Origin: an uncultured candidate division WWE3 bacterium
GTDB lineage: Bacteria; Patescibacteriota; WWE3; UBA101185; UBA10185
Assembly: GCA_903879985.1 (NCBI GenBank)
Contig: CAIRNR010000004.1
Span: 96,762 to 160,761 of the forward strand
Reading direction: 5' to 3'
DNA: 64,000 nucleotides
Positions within the stretch are counted from its first letter, which is position 1, and each line of letters starts with the position of its first letter. Made by a program: the position numbers and the translations under genes. Below the pieces are notes generated by a model. That model was given only the letters and a program-made list of their open reading frames with translations. It had not been told where the DNA came from and did no database searches. This document shows positions 40,467 to 52,504 of this stretch, in pieces.

Positions 40467-42011
40467 CTAAAAACCTTGATCTTTAACTTCGGCTAATGTT
40501 CCGGTTTTCATTTGATAAATTCTTACCATTGCTACACCATCACGGGAAAAAGTATAGACTGGGTCATATTTTGAAGCCCAATAAAAGGCTTTATCGCTGG
40601 AAATAATGTCAGTATGACTTTGAGGGTTATTTATGTAAACATAAAACCCTGCTAAAGTTCCGTCTTTTTGTAAAGGTATAAAGTATCTGGTTATTGCCTC
40701 GCGCTCATTAGTTGTATAGGCAGTAACCTCAGGATGTGATGCAACAAAAGATTTAATACCATCCCAATTCCTATAATATGGAAAACCAAACAAACTTAAG
40801 TTATAAACGGGAGTTGGTTCAGGAAAATTCCAGATCAAAAACTTTTCTTGTGTCCACGGATACTCCTGAGAGTGATCGTCGAAAATAGCGTAAGCCTGAG
40901 CGGAAACAAACATAAAGATAGCAAATATGCCTAACATAAATATTATGTAAGCTGGTAACTTAGGTAAAACTTTAAAAATAACTTTTTCAATAAACAAAAC
41001 TCCCAATCCCATGATAACCATCAAAGGAATAATGTACGTGTAAATATGAGTTCCGGGAATAGAAATTAATTTTTCCATAAAGATGGCTGGAAGTGCCATC
41101 CAGGCAACAACTGCAATTACTGTATTTCTAAATCCAGAACTAAACTTAAAAGGTTCAAGTTTTTTAAAACGAATAAACTGCAGTGACAGAAAAAACGCGC
41201 CTAGTGCTAACAAAGCTGTATAAATATGAACTACGTAAATAGGCTGGTAAACTACAAACAAATATTTCGAACTTGATAACTTAGTATTAGCAGAACCTGT
41301 AACACGTCCCATCCAGTAATCTTTTGTAGCCTGTGAAAGTGTAAGTACAAAAGGAACGTAAAATGCCAACAACATTGCTCCGCTAATAGCCAAAGATATT
41401 ATTAAATGTTTCAAAAGTGATTTGTTCTCTTTCCACCACTTAAATAAAACGTAAAGAGCTAAGGGTGCAATAAAAACTCCGTCGTAATGAGAAAGTAATG
41501 AAATAGCCCAGAATATAAAACCCAAATAAATTCCGGAAATCTTAAACTTGTCCTCTTTCCAAGCCAATACAAACATATAAAGTGACAAAATCATAAATAC
41601 GATCGCTAAGGATTGATACTGAACTATTCTGGAAAAAGCGATTAAAAAACCGTTGGTAGCAAAGAAAAACGATGCATAAAAAGCAACACGTTCGTTCGTA
41701 AGTTTTTGAACTAATTTATAAAATGCCCAAACAGCAACAATACCCGCGATTGCAAAAGGCAGGCGTATTAAAAATCGGTTAGTGTAGTCGGCATTAATGA
41801 ATTTAAGCAAATAAGTAACAAAAAACTGAAGCGGCCCTTTGCGTTGATCCATTAAAAAACTAAAAAAGTTTTGACCTGGATCTGGGTAATACAAGGCTTT
41901 AATCTCATCTCCCTGATAATCGGAATAACCCAAGTTGTACAATCTTAAAAAAGTTGAAAGCAGAAGAATAGATAATAGGGGCAAACTTACTTTTTTGAAA
42001 TAAGAGAACAT
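40467..42011 (-). CDS. GT-C fold glycosyltransferase (ArnT/PMT-like)
   Basis: RLYNLG...DE, RLP, SR motifs and many TM helices. Confidence 0.8.
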   Translation of the reverse strand: MFSYFKKVSLPLLSILLLSTFLRLYNLGYSDYQGDEIKALYYPDPGQNFFSFLMDQRKGPLQFFVTYLLKFINADYTNRFLIRLPFAIAGIVAVWAFYKLVQKLTNERVAFYASFFFATNGFLIAFSRIVQYQSLAIVFMILSLYMFVLAWKEDKFKISGIYLGFIFWAISLLSHYDGVFIAPLALYVLFKWWKENKSLLKHLIISLAISGAMLLAFYVPFVLTLSQATKDYWMGRVTGSANTKLSSSKYLFVVYQPIYVVHIYTALLALGAFFLSLQFIRFKKLEPFKFSSGFRNTVIAVVAWMALPAIFMEKLISIPGTHIYTYIIPLMVIMGLGVLFIEKVIFKVLPKLPAYIIFMLGIFAIFMFVSAQAYAIFDDHSQEYPWTQEKFLIWNFPEPTPVYNLSLFGFPYYRNWDGIKSFVASHPEVTAYTTNEREAITRYFIPLQKDGTLAGFYVYINNPQSHTDIISSDKAFYWASKYDPVYTFSRDGVAMVRIYQMKTGTLAEVKDQGF

Positions 42012-42021
42012 ATTGGAATTA

Positions 42022-44061
42022 TTATAAACCATATACGTGGAGTTCGTTCATGGCACGAGTAACAGCAACAAAAGCTTTGCGCGCGGTATCAATGTTTTTT
42101 ACTTTATCCAAATTTAGGTCAAGAATATAAACCTTGGCAAATTCCAAACCCTTACAGTCCTCACTTCGCATAAGGTAAATTCCCTTTGGTATATAACGAA
42201 TTCGGGTTGTGCTATCAAGGCGTAACACCTGTTCATTGTCTAAACCCAGCCCTTCTGTAATTTTAGTGGCTTCCTCAAACAATTCGTCGTCTAAGCTAAT
42301 TACACCAATACTTTTATTTAAGTCTTTGGCGTCAGTTTCAATTTCTTTTTTAAATTTGGCCATTAACTCTTCTTTGGATTTAAATTTTTCAATAACAGGT
42401 TCTTCACCTTTTCGGTTAATAGACTTTGGCAAATATTTAGAAGTATATGGGCTCAATATTTTGCAGGCCAATTCGATTATTGGACGCGTACTTCTATAGT
42501 TAGTGTCAAGTTCAAACGTAGAAGCATTCTTTGCTTCCTGAATAACAGTTGTAATTTCTTCCCATTTGTCGATGCCATCTTGTTCAACCGACTGATTTAA
42601 GTCACCGAAAATAGCAAATCTTCCGCGCATAACAATTTTACTTAAAAACAAATATTCCAACACGCTAAAGTCTTGGCCTTCATCTGCCACGCAATATTCA
42701 TACTTTGGGAATTTGGTTATACCAACTAATTCTGTGTAGGCTGCTAAATATAATAATGTTTCTAAGTAGCCCATTTGTCGTTTGGTATTTAGTTTCATGT
42801 CACGTATTAACGTTGGCAAAGCCTTTTGTTTTATTTGTGTGCGCAAATCACCTAATCTTTTTACCAATGAACGAATGGTTTTTATGTTTTCTTTATACAA
42901 ATACGCTTTAATAGAACCAGAACTTACTTCCTTTAACATATCTTTTTGCATAATTAACTCTTCTTCAATATCGTTTGTGGCCTCGTTTAAATTCTCGTAT
43001 GGAGTTGCTGTTTCAATATATTTAAAACCACCAAATGACGCATATTCAGGATTAGAAAAGATGTCGCTAATTTTATTTCGATAAACGTCGTGAATTTGCT
43101 GAACTTTTTTAGTGAACTCTTTTATTTTTGCCATATCAAATACTGTTGTGTCTTGCCCCTTGTTTAAATCCATTTGGATATCAAGTTCTTCTCTAAAAAC
43201 AATATGAACAATAAGTTCGCGCAAAGTTTTGTAGTTAATGTCAAAAATTCCAAGTTTTGGAAAAAGCGTAGAAAGATAGCCAACTAGTATTTGATTTTTT
43301 GCTACCAAAATAGAGCGTTCCGGATGAATTAATGTTGGATAGTTAAAAAATATATGTGCCAGTTTGTGAATAGCAACTGTACTTTTTCCACTACCAACAC
43401 AACCTTGAACAATACAAACTTGTCGTGGATCGGCTTCGATAATGTCCATTTGTGAAATCTGAATTGTTTCAATAATATCTTCCAAAACACCGCCGGTTCT
43501 ACTTTGAATTTTTTCAATGATAATTTCGTTTTCATCAAGTTGAATATCATTGTTATAAAACTTTACTAATTCTGCATTTTCAACTTCATAAGTTCGCTTT
43601 AATGTTAAATCGCGTTTTTGCATGCCGTCAGGAGTATCGTACATAACGTCTTTTTGAGGGTAGCGGTAGCGGTAATAAACAGTAGCAACCTTTGCGCGCC
43701 AGTCTATAACAACAGGCTCTTTTTCGGTGTAACCAAACTTACCAATATAAAAAGGTCGATTAACTTTATCGGCAGCATCCTTTAAATCAATTCGGGCAAA
43801 GTAAGGTTCCTTCATCAAAAAATCCAACTCTTCCATACGTTTAAATCTATCTTTTAAGTTGAGTGATTGGTTTTTATCGTGAAGTTGCTCTAAAAATATT
43901 TCAAAATCAGCGCCGTACTCAGTTTCGCGAAGCTCTTTTAGACGATCTAGGTTAGTGTCGCCTACAGCAATAAGGCCTTCTTCAAGAGTCGCCTTTGCAA
44001 GTTTGATCTTAGTAACAACTTTTTCTAAATGTTGTCGTTCTTCCTTTAAAATTTCGTCCAT
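42022..44061 (-). CDS. HelD-like SF1 ATPase (RNA polymerase recycling factor family)
   Basis: PYFARID, YIG, IDWRA, QG..GSGKS.VAIH, DEGQD, GD.NQ, NYRST, KGLEF, VA.TRA. Confidence 0.85.
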   Translation of the reverse strand: MDEILKEERQHLEKVVTKIKLAKATLEEGLIAVGDTNLDRLKELRETEYGADFEIFLEQLHDKNQSLNLKDRFKRMEELDFLMKEPYFARIDLKDAADKVNRPFYIGKFGYTEKEPVVIDWRAKVATVYYRYRYPQKDVMYDTPDGMQKRDLTLKRTYEVENAELVKFYNNDIQLDENEIIIEKIQSRTGGVLEDIIETIQISQMDIIEADPRQVCIVQGCVGSGKSTVAIHKLAHIFFNYPTLIHPERSILVAKNQILVGYLSTLFPKLGIFDINYKTLRELIVHIVFREELDIQMDLNKGQDTTVFDMAKIKEFTKKVQQIHDVYRNKISDIFSNPEYASFGGFKYIETATPYENLNEATNDIEEELIMQKDMLKEVSSGSIKAYLYKENIKTIRSLVKRLGDLRTQIKQKALPTLIRDMKLNTKRQMGYLETLLYLAAYTELVGITKFPKYEYCVADEGQDFSVLEYLFLSKIVMRGRFAIFGDLNQSVEQDGIDKWEEITTVIQEAKNASTFELDTNYRSTRPIIELACKILSPYTSKYLPKSINRKGEEPVIEKFKSKEELMAKFKKEIETDAKDLNKSIGVISLDDELFEEATKITEGLGLDNEQVLRLDSTTRIRYIPKGIYLMRSEDCKGLEFAKVYILDLNLDKVKNIDTARKAFVAVTRAMNELHVYGL

Positions 44062-44062
44062 T

Positions 44063-44785
44063 CTATTTAAAATCCTTTTTAGCAATTAAAACTACGAATT
44101 CGCCCTTAAACTTATTCTGCTTACCACTAAATTGTGTAATAAGCTCAGACACTTTACCGCGCTGTAACTTCTCATACATTTTTGTCAGGTCATTTGCTAA
44201 AACAACATAACGATCGCCTAACGCTTCTGAAATTTCGTCTAACATTTTACCAATTCTAAAGGGAGATTCATATATGATGATTGTTGTATCAAGCTGGCCA
44301 TATTGTGTTAAAAGATTTTTGCGTTGTGTAGAAGACTTAGGTAGAAAGCCTAAAAACGTAAATTTATCTGTTGGAAGTCCACTAATCGATAAAGCAGAAA
44401 TAATGGCAGATGGTCCGGGAATACTCACTATCTCGTAACCTTCATCAGCTAATTGGGAAACAAGTTTAAAGCCGGGATCGGAGATTACCGGTGTACCGCT
44501 GTCTGAAACTATAGCTAAATCCTGACCAGCATTTAGTATATCTTTAACTTGTGGGTAAATTCTGTCGTGATTTTGATCTCGATATGAAATTTGTTTATTT
44601 TGAATGGAGTATTTTCTAAAAAGCTTGTCGGTTTCGCGCGTATCTTCGGACAAAACTACTGAAACATTTTTTAAGGTGTTTAAGGCACGTACAGAAAAAT
44701 CATCCAAGTTTCCAATGGGTGTTGCGACTACATATAACTTGCCTTTTTTAAGGACCGGCGAATCCATCGAAGGTGATGAATACAT
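44063..44785 (-). CDS. rsmI: 16S rRNA C1402 2'-O-methyltransferase
   Basis: LYVVATPIGNL, EDTR, SDSGTP.ISDPG, YESP.R, LTK.YE. Confidence 0.95.
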   Translation of the reverse strand: MYSSPSMDSPVLKKGKLYVVATPIGNLDDFSVRALNTLKNVSVVLSEDTRETDKLFRKYSIQNKQISYRDQNHDRIYPQVKDILNAGQDLAIVSDSGTPVISDPGFKLVSQLADEGYEIVSIPGPSAIISALSISGLPTDKFTFLGFLPKSSTQRKNLLTQYGQLDTTIIIYESPFRIGKMLDEISEALGDRYVVLANDLTKMYEKLQRGKVSELITQFSGKQNKFKGEFVVLIAKKDFK

Positions 44786-44789
44786 CTGA

Positions 44790-45905
<1,116 letters not shown>

Positions 45906-45939
45906 CAACAAGGATACCTTTTTAGACACGAACTTTTAT

Positions 45940-46359
45940 CTATTCTTGAGGCAGTAGCTCCAAAACCTCAGCTATATTCATCCATTTTTCAGTTTTCGGA
46001 TTGTAGTACGCCAGATATGCACAGCCATTGTTGAATGAAACCAGGTCTGCGTGTGAGTAGGCCTCGCCGTATACAATTTTGCCCATTCTGCGACAATCGT
46101 GACGCTTTGCTGCCTCCGGGCTTTTAAAAACATTCACAAGCACGTATGGGCGATTATCGTTTTCAAAACGCTCGGCACGAATATAAATCGGTTCGCCACT
46201 GCGCCGACGAATCAAGTGGCCATCATATGAATGGACTCTGCCACATTTTGCGCAAGGAAATACCGTGGTACAGCTCATGCAACCTGTTTGCAACGCGGCG
46301 CTTATGGTAAAATCAATCAAGCCCTCGCACTGCGCGACCCTACACTTAACAGCAGGCAT
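45940..46359 (-). CDS. Zinc-finger hypothetical protein, paralog B
   Basis: C...C.G / PC.KCGR.H; SD before ATG 46359. Confidence 0.65.
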   Translation of the reverse strand: MPAVKCRVAQCEGLIDFTISAALQTGCMSCTTVFPCAKCGRVHSYDGHLIRRRSGEPIYIRAERFENDNRPYVLVNVFKSPEAAKRHDCRRMGKIVYGEAYSHADLVSFNNGCAYLAYYNPKTEKWMNIAEVLELLPQE

Positions 46360-46373
46360 TTTTTGCTCCTTTT

Positions 46374-46775
46374 TTACACCACATCTTTGAATACCAGTAC
46401 GGCGATATCTTTTGAAACCCACGTATTATTCGCGGGATTAAAATATCCGGCCATCTGGCTATTGGTAGCAAACAGCAACAGTTTGCTATGGGTATGCGAC
46501 TCGCCTACAACCTTGCCCAGCTTAGTATTGTGGACCATTGCAGCTTGCTCAGTTTCAAAAAGCCACATAACAATAGCAGGGCCGTTCTCTGGAACCAGCT
46601 TTTCACCACGAAGATATAACATCTTTCCTTGGCTATCAAAGGCAGGACTATCATCGACAATCCTATGTAGCCGGCCGCATTTTGAACAGGGATGTAAAGA
46701 TTGCATCCCATATGAATACGTGATCGCAGTGTCCAGAAGACCATTGCAACCAAAAACTTTGCAACTCCGTAACAT
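46374..46775 (-). CDS. Zinc-finger hypothetical protein, paralog A
   Basis: Same motifs as its neighbour; SD before ATG 46775. Confidence 0.65.
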   Translation of the reverse strand: MLRSCKVFGCNGLLDTAITYSYGMQSLHPCSKCGRLHRIVDDSPAFDSQGKMLYLRGEKLVPENGPAIVMWLFETEQAAMVHNTKLGKVVGESHTHSKLLLFATNSQMAGYFNPANNTWVSKDIAVLVFKDVV

Positions 46776-46973
46776 TTTTTCTCCTTTCACTAGATTTCTT
46801 TTACGGCATTCTAGTTTAAAGTGAATCTGTCGTCAAATAAGCAAATACTTACCTTGAAAACTAACCAATATCCTGCCATAATGAACGTGACTCACAAGGA
46901 GAGCCGATCCCAACCAACTAACAAAAATAAACAACATTGATAAACATAAATTATGTTGTACTATCGGCCCACC

Positions 46974-48374
46974 ATGTTTAAACGTATGGAAACAGAGGCA
47001 ATAATAAAAGCTAAAGAACTCGCTTACAAAGTGCATGAAAACCATTTCAGACTTTCAGGCGAATCATATTTTGACCACGCAAGCAGGGTTGTTGATCTAT
47101 TGCAGGAAACAGGCATTAACGACGAAGAAACCCTAATAGCAGCATATTTTCATCACGCACTTGATGTAGCACCAAAGAACTATGATTTAATTCATAAAGA
47201 ATTTGGTGAAAACGTTGCAAACATCGTCAAAGAATACAACGAACTTTCGGGCGGAAATATCAGTTCAATAGACCCAAATACAAACGGCGACACTATAGTT
47301 CAAACTTATTTTAACCTGATAAAAAACCAAAAAACTTTAATAATTAGGTTGGCTGATAAAGTTGATAATATAAAGTCGGTATACACTCTTCCTAAAGTAA
47401 TGGCAGATAAAGTAGCTCAAAAAGCACTTTTACTTTACTCCCCTATTTCTCAATTACTTGGAATCGGTAAATTTACAAAAGTACTCGAAGATCAGGCACT
47501 TAAAATTCTCAATCCAGGGGAATATTACAAAATTGTGCATTATGTTGAAGATAAACTACCAGAAATCCAAGATACTCTCAAAGACACTTCTCAATTTATA
47601 AAAGAAATCTTGGCAGAAAAAGGTATTAAGGCCAAGGTTGAACATAGGGTTAAGCACGTGTATTCAATCCATAAAAAGCTTTTAACATTAATTGCTGAAG
47701 GAAAAGCTAAAGATTTGTCAGGAGTTTACGATATTGCTGCTATGCGTGTTTTGGTAAATACAGTTGAAGAATGCTACGCAGTTGAAGGCATATTAAAGCA
47801 AATCTGGGACGACAGCGCAGGCAAACGTGACGATTACATCACACATCCTAAACCAAGTGGTTATAAAAGTTTGCATAATACTTTTCAAGTAAAACCTGGA
47901 TTTATGCTTGAAATTCAAATAAAAACACATCAAATGCACGAGGAAAATGAATTTGGTGTAGCAAGTCATACTTTTTATAAAACTGGAGAAACCTTAAAAA
48001 AGAAAATGTTCGCAAATCCTAACTGGCTAAAAGAGATTAACTTTGGGATAAATCGTGCAGCTATAAAAATTGATCAGTTTACGGATAACGTTTATGTCTT
48101 TACCCCTAAAGGGGATATTAAAGAATTGCCACGCGGCGCTAACTTAATAGATTTTGCGTATTACGTTCATAACGATTTAGGAAATAGCTGTATTGGCGGT
48201 GTTGTAAACGGCGAGCTTCAAAAACTAACTTATGAACTTCAAGATGGGGATCGTGTGGAAATAAAAACTTCTAAAAATAGAAAGAAACCAAGTCCCGACT
48301 GGGAAGACGTTGTTAAAACAAAACGCGCCAAAGATGAAATTCGAAGATCGCTAAAGGAAGTTATGCAGTATTAA
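46974..48374 (+). CDS. RelA/SpoT homolog (HD-like + synthetase + TGS)
   Basis: R.SGE.Y..H, R.K..YSI..K, DYI..PKPSGY.SLH, EIQI.T, VFTPKG, DFAY.VH. Confidence 0.9.
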   Translation: MFKRMETEAIIKAKELAYKVHENHFRLSGESYFDHASRVVDLLQETGINDEETLIAAYFHHALDVAPKNYDLIHKEFGENVANIVKEYNELSGGNISSIDPNTNGDTIVQTYFNLIKNQKTLIIRLADKVDNIKSVYTLPKVMADKVAQKALLLYSPISQLLGIGKFTKVLEDQALKILNPGEYYKIVHYVEDKLPEIQDTLKDTSQFIKEILAEKGIKAKVEHRVKHVYSIHKKLLTLIAEGKAKDLSGVYDIAAMRVLVNTVEECYAVEGILKQIWDDSAGKRDDYITHPKPSGYKSLHNTFQVKPGFMLEIQIKTHQMHEENEFGVASHTFYKTGETLKKKMFANPNWLKEINFGINRAAIKIDQFTDNVYVFTPKGDIKELPRGANLIDFAYYVHNDLGNSCIGGVVNGELQKLTYELQDGDRVEIKTSKNRKKPSPDWEDVVKTKRAKDEIRRSLKEVMQY

Positions 48375-48388
48375 CTTGCACCACGCAA

Positions 48389-49705
48389 CTAAGCCGCGAT
48401 CTCTTCGATTGTGGCACCAAGTTTACGATAAACATCTATAATTTCGGGATAACGTCTTTTAATAACTTCCCAACTTTCAATTTTTGTTTCAACAGGATCT
48501 GCAAGTGCTGCCAAAAATATAGCTTGCGCCGCCTGAATTATTGAAGGTGAAACTACTTTTCCTCCAGTGAAATTAATAGGCCCTGTAACAATAACCCTTT
48601 GTGGATCAGCCATGAATATGTTTGCACCCAAAACGTTTAACTCGCGAATAAAGTCTAAGCCTGTTTCGTACATCCAGTTTTGAATCAAAGTTTTTCCATG
48701 GGTTTTGCAAGCTAACGTAACCACGCTTGGCAAAGCATCAACGGGAAACCCCGGCCAAGGTCGTGGAGAAACTTTTGGTAAATCATCGCCTGCCAAAGGA
48801 AAACCCGATTCAGCACAGTTAATCACTAGATCTTTAGTACCATCTATAATTAAATCTTCGCCACTAGTGGTTATGCCGATATTCCATTTTTGAAAAAATT
48901 GAACAAGTCCTCCGGAAACCCTTGGAATGTTTGCTCCCTTAACAACTAATTTACCTTTGGTAATAGCAGTGGCAATAATAATTCCGGCAATATCAATTTG
49001 ATCAGGCTCAGGAATAAATGTTGCGCTAGCAAATACGTTTTTACCCGTGATACAAAGTTTATTTGATTCTAAACCAGAAACAGTTGCACCCATTTCCTCA
49101 AGCAATTTAATTAGCTGCGTAACATGCGGTTCAGCGGCGGCTTCGGTAATATCAAATTCTGCTTCACAACCAGCAGCGTACATAGCGATATTTTCTGTAG
49201 CTGTAACACTTGCTTCCATCATCCAAATAGAATAGTGCTTAAGTAATGGAGTTGTGCGTTCGAAGTTTGCAAAACCGTCAGATATTTCTGTAGTTACACC
49301 AACTTTAGCAAAAGCATCAATATGTGCAGCAATAGACCTTCTGCCTAAAACACATCCGCCAGGTAAAGGAATGCGAGCTTTACCAAAGCGCGCCAACAAC
49401 GGACCGGCGAACAAAATTGAAGATCGCATAGCATTTCCATTTATGCTATCGATTTCATACGTTTTTATGTTTTTGCAATTAACGGTTATAAGCGAAAAGT
49501 CGTGATCGTCGACCTCGGCGCCAAGAATTCTTAAAGCGTCAAGCATTCGCACAACATCTGTAGATTTTGGAAGATTATGATAAGTGACTGTATCTGAGGT
49601 TAAAACACTGGCAGCAAGTGCCGGTAACATAGCATTTTTGTTGGGAACAGGAGTTATTTCACCAGAAAGTTGTTTTCCACCCGTAATTTTAAGAATATTG
49701 GGCAT
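48389..49705 (-). CDS. murA: UDP-N-acetylglucosamine 1-carboxyvinyltransferase
   Basis: KNA.LP, PGGC.LG.R, SVTATEN, EPHV, P.PGFP.D. Confidence 0.92.
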   Translation of the reverse strand: MPNILKITGGKQLSGEITPVPNKNAMLPALAASVLTSDTVTYHNLPKSTDVVRMLDALRILGAEVDDHDFSLITVNCKNIKTYEIDSINGNAMRSSILFAGPLLARFGKARIPLPGGCVLGRRSIAAHIDAFAKVGVTTEISDGFANFERTTPLLKHYSIWMMEASVTATENIAMYAAGCEAEFDITEAAAEPHVTQLIKLLEEMGATVSGLESNKLCITGKNVFASATFIPEPDQIDIAGIIIATAITKGKLVVKGANIPRVSGGLVQFFQKWNIGITTSGEDLIIDGTKDLVINCAESGFPLAGDDLPKVSPRPWPGFPVDALPSVVTLACKTHGKTLIQNWMYETGLDFIRELNVLGANIFMADPQRVIVTGPINFTGGKVVSPSIIQAAQAIFLAALADPVETKIESWEVIKRRYPEIIDVYRKLGATIEEIAA

Positions 49706-49749
49706 ATAAAGAACTAGCAAGTGCAATTCAACGTTTAATACGCGAAAAC

Positions 49750-49926
49750 TTACTTAAGTCTTTGAATTTCTTTGTGAAGAGTATGCTTCTTTAAACTAGG
49801 GTTATACTTCATTATCTGAAGCTTTTCAGTAGTGTTTATTTTGTTCTTTTGGGTAACGTAGGTTCTTCGACCAGTGACGGTACATTCAAGTCCAATTATT
49901 AATCTGTTGCCTTTTTTCTTTGCCAT
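49750..49926 (-). CDS. rpmG: 50S ribosomal protein L33
   Basis: MAKK..R.II.LEC, Y.T.KN..N..EKL..MKY.P....HT.HKE. Confidence 0.95.
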   Translation of the reverse strand: MAKKKGNRLIIGLECTVTGRRTYVTQKNKINTTEKLQIMKYNPSLKKHTLHKEIQRLK

Positions 49927-49986
49927 GTATTGCAATATATTATAAAATCAATTAAATTTCAACTATCTGTTTTTTTAAAGGAACCT

Positions 49987-52452
49987 ATGGAAAACTACGA
50001 TCATAAAAATATTGAGAATAATTGGAAGGAAAAATGGTATAAGGACAACATATACGAGGCAGTAGACTTTTCCCCGAAACCAAAAAAATACATATTAGCT
50101 GAACTTCCATATCCTTCAGGTAGAGCTCTACATATAGGTCATGCAATGAGATATACCGTTCCTGAGGTTTATTCTAGATACTTAAGAATGAAAGGCTTCA
50201 ATGTGCTTTTCCCTATGGGCTGGGACGCTTTTGGACTTCCAACCGAGGGTTATGCCATAAAAGCAAACAAAACTCCTCAGGAAGTCATTCAGGAGCTTGG
50301 AACCAACTATAAAGCAGCTATGCAGGACATGGGTTACGGAATCGATTGGAATCGTGAAATAAACACAAGTGATCCTAAATATTATAAATGGACTCAATGG
50401 CTTTTTCTTAAGTTTTACGAAAACGGACTCGCAGAACCAAAAGAAATGCCCGTTTGGTGGTGCCCGGAGCTTGGTAACTTAGCCGACGAGGAAGTTTTAA
50501 CGGCAGCCGACGGCGGTAAAGTATCAGAGCGTGGTGGCTACAAGGTAGAAAAGAAAATGTATAAGCAATGGGTATTAAAGATGCCTATGTATGCTGAAAA
50601 GCTAATTCAAGGCTTAGACGACACCGATTTCCCTGACTATATAAAAACAGCTCAAAAGAACTGGATCGATAAAAAAGTTGGAATCAACATTACGTACAAT
50701 ATCGAAAACTCTGACGAAACAGTAATAGTGTTTACCACGCGTCCGGATACTAATTTTGGTGCCACCTTCATCGTTTTAGCTCCTGAAAGCGACATAATCA
50801 GCAAAATCACAAGTGCGGAGCAAAAAGCAGCCGTTGATGAATACGTGGAAAAGGCCAAAAACAAAAGCGATATGGAGCGAATCGTTGAAACTAAAGTTAA
50901 AACAGGTGTCTTTTTGGGTGCTTATGCTATTAATCCTTTAACGACTTACAAAATGCCAATTTATGTAGCTGACTATGTATTGGGAAGCGTTGGCACAGGT
51001 GCAGTAGTTGGTGTTCCCGGCCACGATATGCGAGACTTTGAGTTCGCACAAAAGTTTAATATTCCGGTTATACGCGTAGTAGTTGGCAAAGACGGCGACA
51101 AATCTGACATTACAACCGCATCACAAGTAAACGAATCTGACGGAACAATGATTAACTCCGCATTTTTAGACGGAATGGACATTCACGATGCTACAGAAAA
51201 AATAATGGACTACCTTGAAGAAAAAGGTTGGGGCAAACGCACAGTTACATACAAAATCCGAGATTGGGTATTTGCCAGACAAAGATACTGGGGCGAACCT
51301 ATTCCGGTTGTATACAAAGAAAATGGCGAAATAGAAGCTATTGTAAAAACCACGGACGTCGAAGGCGTTAAAAAGAAACTTCCGCTGGAACTTCCTTATA
51401 CAAAAGACTTTAAACCCCAATCAGATGGGTCATCTGCACTAGCCCGCATGGATGATTGGTTAAATACAACTGACAGTGAAGGTAAACCGGCCAAACGTGA
51501 AACTCAGACAATGCCGACTTGGGCAGGTTCAAACTGGTACTTCATCCGCTACATCGATCCAAAAAACGACGAAGTATTTGCTGATTTTGAAAAAATGAAA
51601 TATTGGTTACCGGTCGACAAATATTATGGCGATCCCGGTCATACAACAATGCACCTACTATACTCAAGATTCTGGTACAAATTCTTTTACGACCTTGGTT
51701 TAGTACCAACAACCGAACCTTATAAATACAGAATGACCGGCGGTTTATTACTTGGACCTGACGGACAGAAAATGTCTAAGTCCAGAGGAAACGTTGTAGA
51801 ACCAGGAACTTTAATTGAACAATTCGGTGCTGATACCGTAAGAATGACCTTATGTTTTATTGGTCCATATGAAGACACATATCCTTGGAACGAAAATAGC
51901 GTTAAAGCTGTTCATAAATTTATAAATAATATTTACGCACTTAAAGCTAAAGTTAACGGGAAAGAGTCATCACTAGAAACACAAAAGATGTACAACAAAA
52001 TGATTAAGAACGTTACAGGCATGGCCGAAAACTTAAAGATGAATACAGCCGTAAGTGAATTTATGATCTTCGTTAACGCACTTAAAAAAGAAGAAAACAT
52101 TAATATTGAAATCTGGAAAGGTTTTACCAAAGTTCTAGCTCCATTTATTCCTTTTACTGCCGAAGAATTATGGCAAGAAGCAAATGGCTTTACAGAGTGG
52201 AAAAAGGAAAACAGTGTTCATTTACAAGAATGGCCAACCTATGACGAAAAATTAGCAACTGAAAATCTGCTAAAAATAGCTGTTCAAATTAACGGCAAAG
52301 TAAAAGATGAAGTTGAAGTTTCACTGGCCGAATCCGAGGATTCAGTTAAAACAAAAGTACTAGCAAGCGAAAAAGTTAAAGCCGCACTTGGCGAAAACAC
52401 AATTAAGAAATTTATTTACGTCCCCGGTAAAATCGTAAACATCGTAGCATAA
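49987..52452 (+). CDS. leuS: Leucine--tRNA ligase
   Basis: PYPSG.ALHIGH, FTTRPDT editing domain, RQRYWGEPIP, KMSKS. Confidence 0.97.
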   Translation: MENYDHKNIENNWKEKWYKDNIYEAVDFSPKPKKYILAELPYPSGRALHIGHAMRYTVPEVYSRYLRMKGFNVLFPMGWDAFGLPTEGYAIKANKTPQEVIQELGTNYKAAMQDMGYGIDWNREINTSDPKYYKWTQWLFLKFYENGLAEPKEMPVWWCPELGNLADEEVLTAADGGKVSERGGYKVEKKMYKQWVLKMPMYAEKLIQGLDDTDFPDYIKTAQKNWIDKKVGINITYNIENSDETVIVFTTRPDTNFGATFIVLAPESDIISKITSAEQKAAVDEYVEKAKNKSDMERIVETKVKTGVFLGAYAINPLTTYKMPIYVADYVLGSVGTGAVVGVPGHDMRDFEFAQKFNIPVIRVVVGKDGDKSDITTASQVNESDGTMINSAFLDGMDIHDATEKIMDYLEEKGWGKRTVTYKIRDWVFARQRYWGEPIPVVYKENGEIEAIVKTTDVEGVKKKLPLELPYTKDFKPQSDGSSALARMDDWLNTTDSEGKPAKRETQTMPTWAGSNWYFIRYIDPKNDEVFADFEKMKYWLPVDKYYGDPGHTTMHLLYSRFWYKFFYDLGLVPTTEPYKYRMTGGLLLGPDGQKMSKSRGNVVEPGTLIEQFGADTVRMTLCFIGPYEDTYPWNENSVKAVHKFINNIYALKAKVNGKESSLETQKMYNKMIKNVTGMAENLKMNTAVSEFMIFVNALKKEENINIEIWKGFTKVLAPFIPFTAEELWQEANGFTEWKKENSVHLQEWPTYDEKLATENLLKIAVQINGKVKDEVEVSLAESEDSVKTKVLASEKVKAALGENTIKKFIYVPGKIVNIVA

Positions 52453-52483
52453 AAAAAGCCTAGGGTTTAAGTTCCTAGGCTTT
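52453..52483. terminator. Bidirectional intrinsic terminator
   Basis: aaagcctaggg...cctaggcttt. Confidence 0.8.
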
Positions 52484-52504
52484 AATTATTATTCTAATCC
52501 AAAA

